Of a stretch of DNA of 64,000 nt, positions 1-10,208 are shown piece after piece. The stretch is from Cycas panzhihuaensis. Lineage: Eukaryota; Plantae; Cycadophyta. The stretch's first letter is position 1; each line of letters opens with the position of its first letter. The stretch lies in assembly GCA_023213395.1 (NCBI GenBank), contig CM041465.1:159471741-159535740 (forward strand), in the 5' to 3' direction. The position numbers and the translations under genes are program-made. The notes under the pieces are model-generated. The model was not told where the DNA came from. It ran no database searches and saw only the letters and a list, made by a program, of their open reading frames with translations.

Positions 1-1732
1 AATTCAACTAGTGGTGGCTTCCCTACAGAGTATCTCAGTTTATATGATGTCTTTATTCATCATGCCGAATAAGGTCATCTCAATAATAGAGGGAAACATG
101 AAAATATTTATTTGGTCTGGCTCAGAGGAGAAAAATAGAATCTATCTAGTATCTCAGTTTATATGATGTCTTTAACAAAGCCCTCATAGCAAAATTGGGT
201 TGGAGATTAACTAGAGAGGTTGGCACTCAATGGGAAAATATAATAACCAAAAAATATCTTGGGGGTAACCATTTCCTGAATGAGGAGGTGAGAGGGATCA
301 CGTGTTCCCCCATCTCGAAAGGCCTCCTATCCTCTAGATCTATATTAAGTAATGGCTTAAGATGGAAATTGGAGAATGAGGAAAGCATAAGTTTTTGGGA
401 GGATAAATGGTGTGGCAACTACACTTTGAAGGATTTACCATCCATTGGTAACATGCAGAGAATTTGTCAGGATGTGTATGGTTGGTTTGTCAAATATTAC
501 TAGGAGGGACAAGGGAGGAATAAGAATTGGAGATATTTTGAGAACCTGTAGGGAATGGAAGAGGAGATTCAGAATCTGAAGCACGAATTAAATAACCAAT
601 ATATACCAAGGCAGGATATTGAGGATAGTATGATCTGGTCTATTTCTACCTTTGAATCATACACGATGAAGGATGGTTATAACATGATGCTGAAGGAGGA
701 AGATGTGGGTAAGGAGGACTTGCTAGCAAGAGTTTGGAAACTGGGATTACTCCCAAAGATAACAGTGTTTTGGTGGTTGAGCCTGCAAAACAAGATTCTA
801 ACAATTGACAACCTTATGAAAAGGGGATTTTCCATGGTAAATAGATGTGTGTTGTGTAAGGAGAGGGCCAAATCCCTTGACCATATGAGTATACATTACC
901 CCTATTTGAGGGACGTGTAGGCTGACTCCTGGTCAAATCTTGGGATTGACTGGGTGTCCCTGGGGTCCCTAAAGAGTTAGTGGCTAATGTGGAAATTTCC
1001 CTTTAAGAGTAAGACTTTGGGTAGATTGGGGAAACTAATCCTCCCGGTGGGGGTTTGGAATATATGGAAGGAACGTAATAGGAGGATTTTCCAAGGGAGA
1101 GAAATGGAAGAACAAAGACTATAGGAAAAGATCAATAGAGATATTGTAGAAATGGTAAAGCCCAGGGAGGAGGAAAATTTATTCAAGGAAGAAGAAAGAA
1201 TCTTGGCGAGATAGGGGATAGCTAGCTAGAATAGTAGAGAATAAAAAAAGAGGAGAAATCAATGGAGTGTGCCCAGCGAGTTCTGGGTGAAAGTCAACTT
1301 CGATGGGGCTGCTAAAGGAAATCCAAGAGAGGCAGGAGGAGGAGGTTTATATAGGAATCATGAAGGAAAGGTGCAGTGGGCATTTACAGAATACTTAGGC
1401 CCCCAAACGAATCATAAGGTTGAAATGAGAGCTATGTAGAAGGCGATAGATATGGTGGATGAGGATGGATATGAGAGAGTGATAATAGAAGGAGACTCCT
1501 TGAATGTGATCAGGATCTTAAAGGGGGAGTCAGAGGTGGACTAGAGCAATCAAGAGTTGGTTAATGATGCCCAAGATGTCTTGAGATCCAAATAGAGGGT
1601 TCAGATCTAACGTATGTACAGAAAAGGAAATGTTGCGACAGATTGGTTGGCAAACTGGGTAGTGGAAAATAAAAGAAGTATGGTGTGGAGGGAGGAATTC
1701 CTAGAGGAGCTTCTAAGTCTAGTCAGACAAGA
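1..1732 (+). pseudogene. L1 LINE ORF2 3' part (post-RT region, zf-RVT, RNase H-like), degenerate; 5' end lies outside the window
   Basis: ORF fragments GWRL..W..I...KY, SISFWEDKWC and KITVFWWLSLQNKILTIDNLMKRG...RCVLC; RNase H motifs WVKVNFDGAAKGNP, VIIEGDS and GNVATDWLANW; collinear with the LINE at 25400-27241. Confidence 0.93.
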
Positions 1733-2135
1733 TGTAACATAACCTCACCTTTCCTTAGCAAGAGGGAACCACCAACAAGTAAGGATTAAGGGGTTTAGTA
1801 AGTTGTGTGTATGGACCGCTAAGTCATCCAATAAGATGTAAGGCCACTAGGGCCACCAATAGAGTTACGTGTATGGACCGCTAAGTCGTCCAATAAGATG
1901 TAAGGCCGCTAGGGCCACCAATAGAATCATTAAGGATGAAGACCCTTACTTGTGTATTTAAAGGGTTAAACCACTCGCAATGTTATTGAGTATGATATCT
2001 TAAAGGGAGAAAGTACTTTGATACTCATTTTGGTGATTCATTTTCTGTGATCTGCTTACGCATTCATGTTATTTGGCTTCATTTTCTACTAATTATCACT
2101 TCTATGAGCCCCGATTTCTAAGAAGGAATGGTCCA
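1733..2135 (+). repeat. 5' LTR of the chromovirus
   Basis: Direct repeat of 5857-6259; about 23 substitutions by manual count, nearly all transitions; internal ~62 bp tandem duplication. Confidence 0.96.
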
Positions 2136-2137
2136 AG

Positions 2138-2149
2138 TGGTATCAGAGC
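2138..2149 (+). promoter_or_regulatory. Primer-binding site (tRNA-iMet)
   Basis: TGGTATCAGAGC 2 nt after the LTR end. Confidence 0.95.
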
Positions 2150-3236
2150 TGCGTTCGCGATCATGGGAAGCTGCCCGAAATAACAAATTTTTTTTTCCTA
2201 TATGATTGAGTACTCTCTCTACCTAGGTAGGGATTGAGGAAAGACCTCCACTCAGTACTCTCTCCAAGAAGATTGAGGAATGGTAGTAGGACAAATTAGA
2301 GGTCACGAAGTGAAGGGGAATTTTGACCTTCAGGTACCACAAGCAATTTATTTCTTCTATATTTAATTCAATTTTTAAGCTTTCTTTTTCTGCATTGGGT
2401 TATATTCCAAGGGTAGATAATACTGCTGGGTGGCTATCCTTTGTATCCTCTCCCACCTCTCCTTTCTGGGTAGATAACACCACTGGGCGGCTACCCAAGT
2501 AGTTAGGTAGAGACCCTGTACCAAGGGTCTTTAAAGATCACAGGGATCTGTCGTTCTGGCTAAGCGTATCGTGGCTTTGCTGGCCCTTGCGTGAAGGATT
2601 GGAGATAACACTCCTGAACCAAGCCTTAGACAGAACCAGCTATGGAAGTGTGCCTCCACGTACCTCCAGGTATATAGAAGGACCCCCTTTAGGATTCCAA
2701 AACCCTCCCTAGCGCAGGTAACCTATCGGCCATCAAGTCTTGCGGCAATGGTTAGCTTAGTGCCACAAAGTTACCCGCCCAACTTACGTGATCAGAAGTT
2801 TATTGGCATGCCTATAAGACCAAGCACACCTCATTCTATAGTGGGTAGGATACATCTGATCATTCACTGCTTCCCCTGCCCTAGTCTTAATCACAAGCCA
2901 CTGACTGCCTGAATTCAAAGAAACAAAAAAGAAACAGAAAAGAAAAAGAAAAAAGGAAAAAGAGACAGCAAAGAAGGAAATATTTAAAAATAAAAAAATA
3001 AAAAAAAATACCCTTATAACTCAAAGTGCAAAACAAATACCCTTATAACTCATATACCTCAATTCGATCAGCATCTCGTAAGGGTCATTTTGCACTAGGT
3101 TAGTCTATACCCTAATTTTTACTCTTTTTGTACCTGGGCCACTGGTGGGCCCCACTACTCCAAATTCACCTTAAAACTCATACATCCCATTTCGATAAGT
3201 TTTTTGTGCTCTTTTTAGTGGACTAAATATCTTGCT

Positions 3237-5845
3237 TATGCAGCCCCAATTGTCTTAGTTCAGAAGAAGGATGGCTCCTTTCGCCTCTGTATTGACTATA
3301 GGGAATTAAATAAGATTACCATTAAAAATAAGTTTCCCACCCCTCGCATAGATGACATGCTAGATGAAATCCATGGCGCAACCATCTTTTCTAAGTTAGA
3401 CCTCTAATCTGGTTACTACCAAATCCCAATTACCCCACAACATTGTTATAAGACAACATTTCACACATATCATGGCCATTTTGAGTTTCCAACAATGCCC
3501 TTTGGCTTTTGCAATGCCCCGGCAACCTTCCAAGCTCTCATGAATACAATCTTTGGGCCCTAGCTTCGAAAGTTTATCATAGTTTTCTTCGATGACATTC
3601 TTATTTATAGTGTCTGCTTGGATCTCCATATCCAACACTTAGAAATTGTTCTTCAAATATTGAAGAACCACCAACTCTATGTAAAACTATCTAAGTGTGA
3701 GTTTGGACAATCAGAACTCAAATATTTGGGTCATATCATATCTTCAGAAGAGGTACGTGTAGACCCCAACAAAATATCGGTCATCACAACGTGGCCAACA
3801 CCTACCACTCTTACCCAACTACGAGCATTTCTTGGGCTCACAGGGTTTTATCGACGCTTTGTGCGTAACTATGCTGCTCTTGCCACCCCATTAACTAACC
3901 TCCTTCGTAAAGAGGCTTTTCAATGGTCTCCCAAAGCAGAGGCTGCCTTTTCCCACCTCAAGGTTGTAATGACCTCCACTCTGGTCCTCATCACTCCTAA
4001 TTTTAACCAACCCTTCCAACTTGAATGCAATGCTTTAGGGTTTGGTTTAGGCGCAATCCTAATGCAAGACTCTCATCCCATTGCATTCGAAAGCTAAAAA
4101 TTAAAAGATCACGAGTTTCATCTCTTTACATATCAGAAATAAATGAAGGCTATTCTCCATGCTAGTGATAAATGGCGGCAATATCTCTTAGGCTCTAAGT
4201 TCACTATTCTTACAGATCATCGTAGCCTCCATAATTTATTGACTCAGCCAGTCTTGTATGAAGAACAAGCTAAGTGGGTTCATTGATTACAAATCTTTGA
4301 CTTCTCAATAGCATATAAAAAAGGTAAAGACAATACAGTGGCAGATGCTCTTTCACATCTCCATCTAACGACAATGTTCCTAACCCAAGCCTCCATGCCA
4401 TCAGCAACCCCCAACCCCTTTGGCTCGATGAACTATGTGTTGAAAATCAAGCCCAGCCAGACTATCCTAATTGGAGGGAAAAAGTTCTCACCCATAAAGG
4501 TTGGCCAACCTTCAACAATCACCTCCTCTACCACAATCGTATCTTTGTCCATCCCTCCTCCTCATTCATCCCTAAAATCCTAACAGAATACCACTCATCT
4601 CCCCTTGGCAGCCACTCTGGCTTCGATAAGACTTATTGATGGATTCGTGCAGATTTCTTTTGGCCCCACATGAAGACCACCATATTCACCTTCGTATCAG
4701 AATGTGACACCTGTTAACGAAATAAAGTAGAGACCAAACCTCTCCCTAGCCTTCTCCAACCATTAAATATTCCACAAGGTAAGTGGCAAGATATTGCCAT
4801 GGACTTCATCATGGGCCTACCCCCATCTACCGGGTTTGACTCCATTTGGGTAATCATTAATCGATTAACCAAGTACTCACACTTTCTCCCAGTGCACACC
4901 TCATATTCATCCTCTCGTCTTGTTGACTTATATGTCCAATTCATATTTCGTCTCCATGGTTTTCCATCATCTATCGTTTGTGACCGAGACCCTAAGTTTA
5001 CTAGCTTCTTTTGGCAAGAACTCTTTAAGGCTATTGGAACCTCATTTAACATGAGCTCTGCCTACCACCTACAAACAGATGGTCAATCTGAGGTTCTAAA
5101 CAAAACTTTAGAAACTTATCTACGTTGCTTCGCTTCATAACACCAAGCTAAGTGGACCTCATAGCTTGCCCTGGCCAAGTATTGGTATAACTCCTCCCAT
5201 CATTCTGCCATTGGTATGTCCCCCTTTTTGGCTCTTTATGGCTACCACCCACCTTCTCACCATACCCTAGCCACAAATTTTAGAATAGCTTCTGTGCAAC
5301 AAAAGCTTCAAGAAATGGATCAAATCTTGCATGCCCTTTGACAAAATCTAGCTAGTGCTCAAAATCAAATGAAGCAGCTGGCAGACTGCCATCGATCCGA
5401 TCGATCCTTTGATATTGGAGATCTAGTATACCTCTGCCTCCAACCTTATAAGCAACAATCACTCAAGTCCCATCAAGGGTATAAACTAAGCCCTCGCTAC
5501 TATGGCCCTTATAAGATCTTACACAAAATTGGTGAAGTTGCTTATGCCCTTGAACTCCCCCCAAATACTAATATTCATAATGTCTTCCATGTGTCCTGCC
5601 TAAAAAAATACCTTGGAGCTAAAGTTACACCCCACACAACCCTTCCCATTCTCTCTGAAGATCAAACTCTTATAGTTCCTCCTGATAAAATCCTTGCCAG
5701 TTACCAGCGCCACCTCTGAAATCACACTATTTCTGAACACTTGGTATAGTGGGTCAGCTACGATGCTGATGAAGCTACTTGGGAGTCAGAGGAGTTCATC
5801 CAGAAACATCCTCATCTCCAATGTTGCGGGGACTCAGTGTCTTAG
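3237..5845 (+). pseudogene. pol: Gypsy pol: RT, RNase H, integrase, chromodomain (stops and frameshifts)
   Basis: [25 protein letters not shown]; FFDDILIYS; LRAFLGLTGFYRRFV; MDFIMGLP..; SIVCDRDPKFTS; QTDGQSEVLN; LSPRYYGPY; [12 protein letters not shown]; chromodomain ..W......EATWE. Confidence 0.95.
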
Positions 5846-5854
5846 AAGGGGGGA
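5844..5854 (+). promoter_or_regulatory. Polypurine tract
   Basis: AGAAGGGGGGA 2 nt before the 3' LTR. Confidence 0.9.
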
Positions 5855-5856
5855 CC

Positions 5857-6259
5857 TGTAACATAACCTCACCTTTCCTTAGCAAGAGGGAACCACTAAT
5901 AAGTAAAGATTAAGGGGTTTAGTAAGTTGTGTGTATGGACCGTTAAGTTATCCAATAAGATGTAAGGCCGCTAGGGCCACCGATAGAGTTATGTGTATGG
6001 ACCGCTAAGTCGTCCAATAAGATGTAAGGCCGCTAGGGCCACCAATAGAATCATTAAGGATGAAGACCCTTACTTATGTATTTAAAGGGTTAAACCACTC
6101 GTAATGTTATTGAGTATGATATCTTGAAGGGAGAAAGCACTTTGGTACTCATTTTGGTGATTCATTTTCTATGATCTGCGTGCGCATTCGTGTTATTTGG
6201 CTTCATTTTCTGCTAATTATCACTTCTATGAGCCCCTATTTTTGAGAAGGAACGATCCA
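5857..6259 (+). repeat. 3' LTR of the chromovirus
   Basis: Direct repeat of 1733-2135. Confidence 0.96.
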
Positions 6260-6264
6260 TGAGA

Positions 6265-6458
6265 CTTGACAGGGCAAATGACAAACTAGTTAGGAAAGAG
6301 GTAAGGGGACTTGGTGTTGATATGACTAGCTAGGCCATGGGCATGTCATGGCCATTCCTTTTCTTAGCCGGGAGGCAGTTAATGTAATGGTTTTGGGGGT
6401 CCTGTTAAAACCCCAATTTATATAATTTTTTTACCTTATCAAAAAAAAAAAAAAAAAA
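6265..6458 (+). mobile_element. L1 LINE ORF2 end, 3'UTR and poly(A) tail (continuation of 1-1732)
   Basis: Frame rejoins across the insertion (LVRQD-LTGQMTN*); A18 at 6441-6458; 3'UTR motifs shared with 27240-27395. Confidence 0.9.
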
Positions 6459-9400
6459 GAGTTCCAAAGTATAAGCTATTTCACTAACATACTAGAGGAC
6501 TTTATAAGGGTTGTAGTAGCAAGGACTAAGCTTTTGGTTCTTATGATGTTTGAGTGGCTGTTATTTATATAGTTGAAGAAAGAGAAACATAATATCACTA
6601 ATGTCAAAGGAGTGATTGAAATAGTGGTAATATACTAATTGCTTGATTTGATTATGGGCTATAACTAAGTTTTACTTAAAGGTGTTTAGAATTTGGTTTA
6701 TATGTTCTAGTTTTTATTATACTATTATTGTGTAATGGTTGGTTGCTAGCATATGGTAGGATGATAGTTGGTACCTATAAATGGCCTTGAATGGTAACAT
6801 CCCTATGGTGAAGTAGTTAGTATAATTATATTGATATTCTCCTAGGGCTAGCCATGATGACCATCTTGTCTAGTATTTAAAAGCATAGAAATGTAAGTAA
6901 GTTTCTAGTGTTTTATTAAGAACTTCTAACTAGCCATCTATTTAGGGGAGGTAGGTAAAACACATATTGATTGATGTAATTGAGGCTCAAAAGATCTCTT
7001 TCCAAAAAAGATAGTAAATTTTGGATCTTAATCATACACTATGGTTGACTAAAAGCCATGTAAATAAAATATTATTTAAAGATATAGATCTATAATGCGT
7101 GATGTTTTATATAAAATGTGGACTGGTAAAAAATACATACATTTTGTCAAGTAGTCAATGACCACCAATATGGAGTCATACTAGGCAGATAAAGGGAGGC
7201 CCATAGTAAAGTCCATGGTAATATCTTGTCATTTTCGTTATAGAATATGTAGTGGTTGTAACAAACTTGGTTAGCCTTTCATGCCAACTTTATTGCATTA
7301 ACATGTATTATATTCTAAAATATAAGTTAGAATAGATATTTTCATATGTGGCTAGAAAAAGTGAGAACAAATTCATTGGTAAGTTTTGTTAACTCATAAT
7401 GGCTTCCTAATGGAGTAGAGTGGTATTCTACTAAGATTTGAGGGATAAATTTGGAAGTTGGGTGTATAAATATGTGGTTTTTATATAGAAGGAGATTGTT
7501 TTAAATGGACCAAATTTTTTTAGTGAGAGCTTTAATAGCCCATTTATCATAATCTAGTAAGGACTAGTTTTTCTGAACCATGTCTTATGCCCATGCAGGA
7601 TGTGGAGTAGAAATGGCATAAATGGAAGATTCATATAAAAAAATGAGAGATGGTTCAATATGAAGATAGAAAAAGATATTTGCCACTATATTATCTTGTT
7701 ATTTCTTATAAGCAATTGAGAAATCAAATACTTAGAGGTACTCCACCTATTTAACATGTTCCTTAGATAGAACTGATTGGTCTAATAGGTGACAAAGGAT
7801 ATGGGGATCAATTAGGATAATGAACTTGGATCTAATAAGATATTGTTTCCATTTCTTAATGGAATTGATAATGGACTTCATTTCTTTTTGGTAGGTGGAT
7901 AGTCTACACTTACGACCTTTAAGTTTTCAACTTTTGAAAGCAATGGGGTGTAAGTTTTATATAAGGACTGGACCCAAGTTAAAGCTTAATGTGTCACATT
8001 CTAATTAGAATGATTATAGGAAGTTTGGAGTGGCCAAGACCAAAGTAGAGGACATGACTTCTTTAAGATGGGTAAAGGTATCATTAGTAGATGATCATCA
8101 AAAAAATATTTTTGGAGTAAATTACTTAATGGTGTAATTAAAGTTGTAGATTCTGAATGAATTACTTATAAAATTCTGTGAGTCTTAAGAAAGTGTGTAA
8201 TTGGGTAAGGTTTTTTTAAGGTGGCTAATTTGTAATAACCATTATCTTATTAAGATTGACTTGAGCATCTTCCACAGAGATAATGTGACTAAGCTAATAA
8301 AGTTTAGACTTACCAAACTCATACTTGGAGAGCTTGGAGTATAATTAGTATTTAGTCAAAAGTTTTAGGATTGTCTCTATGATAAGTGTAAATGGCCATG
8401 TATATCCTATAGATAAGAATATCATCAAAGAAAATAATAATAGATTTCTTAAGGTAAGGGGAAAATGTCTTATTTATGAGGAATTGAAATATGGTTAGGG
8501 AATTACATAAGCCAAAGGCATACCATAAAATTCAAAGTGGATATGGTGTATACAAAAGGTAATTTTGATGGATGACCTTTAAGTATAAGGGAAATTTAAT
8601 AGTATCCAAATTGGAGATCTAACTTGGTAAAGATTATGGTGCCATGGATCTTGTCTAATATGTTATTAATTCTATGGGTTGGAACTTACTTTTTATGGTT
8701 ATTTTGTTAAGTTCCTAATAATTGACATACAACTTAAATGAGGCATCCTTATTTTAAACTAATATAATAGGGGCAATATATGGGCTTTTTCTAGGTTGAA
8801 TTACTCCCATTTCTATTAGCTCCTTAGTAATATTTTTAATCCCAATTTTTTAAAAGTAGGAATTCCTATAAAGTCAATGGGGATCTTTTAGCTCAATGGT
8901 ATGGTAACACCTACGATCTTGTGGGGGAGCAACCTAGTGGGTGGGGTAAAATATCTTGATATTTATTAAGTATGTGTTAGATGTTAAGGTGAATGTCTAT
9001 TAGGGATTGGATGTTATTAATATTTATAATGTAACCTACTCAATTGCTTAATTGCTTCCTCATCTAATTTGGGAAAATAAGTTTATTATGGGGGGTTGTA
9101 TTCTATGGAGTTTGTGGGTTTATCCCATCTAGTCCTTAAATGAAATGAATGGATTGGTGGGGGGGTTATTTGTGCTATATGTACCTAACATTTGGATCCA
9201 TTGGACTCTAAGAATATTATTTGATCTATCAATAAATAAATCATAAAAATTAGAGGTTAACTTATAATTACCAATTTGGACAATAAGGTTCTTATTTATT
9301 TGAATACAATGAAGTTTATAATGGTTGGGTAGGGAATATTTAAATCTAGATTTTTAGGATATTTTATATATTTGATTGCCTAGTTAAGGAAATATTTATG

Positions 9401-10208
9401 AAGTTTACCAATGTATCATCACTAATCAAAATATTAATTGGTATTTTCTTAAGTGTTCCTTTAATGCATAGTGGTTCAAGGCATAAAGAGGATGTTATTA
9501 TAGATAAAAAGACTTCTAGTTTCAACAATGAGTAGAGTTCCAAAAAGGGTTCTTCATCAAATTCTAGTATAAAATCAAAGTTGTCTTCTATAGATGAACT
9601 AGGATCTATTGTAAAGAGCATGTTCTTGTCTTTGTAAATTTTATGATGTTTGGGGGTCTACTTTTTTTAACATTAGAGATATAGGTTGACTACAATGCAT
9701 CATTGTGTCTCTGCAGGTGGGATTTAGATTGAATTTTTTACAAGTTCTTCTAAAATTCATTCTATAGCAGGTTTGTATGAGTTATTCACCTAGGGTTATT
9801 AACAAGAAAATTTAGCCTATCATAATTGTTAGTGCCATGTAATATCTCATTGAAGAAAATATGTTCTTTCTATTACAAATTTGACCTCAACTACTTTAGT
9901 ACTTTATATCATAACTTTAAGATTTGAGATTTCCATGGTTCTTATATATATTTGGATTCACTCTTTTAAGCCTATGACATAATTATCTATATAAGTTTGC
10001 TTATTTAAACTTTGATAGATACAATTCTATAAGGATTGGAACTCATTTATATATTCTTAAACTAAGGGCACCTTCTAAGTTAATTAAAAAAGGATTGGTT
10101 CTAAGTTTTATCATACTGGTCAAAAATACATACAGAGAATTCTGTCTATATCCTATTTTAAGGGTGTTATCAGTGCTACCAATAGAACCAATGATATACT
10201 CAATCTTC

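Larger units (their letters stand above)
1733..6259 (+). mobile_element. Ty3/gypsy chromovirus (Reina-like), internally deleted (no gag or protease), inserted in LINE ORF2
   Basis: 403 bp LTR pair TGTAAC..TCCA, Met PBS, PPT, RT-RH-INT-chromodomain order, decayed 5 bp TSD CAAGA/TGAGA. Confidence 0.95.

Noticed and set aside
2410-2500. Twister-like TAACAC..GGGCGG hairpins
   Set aside because: Too short and lacking the P2/P4 stems and both pseudoknots; kept only as an unexplained structure.
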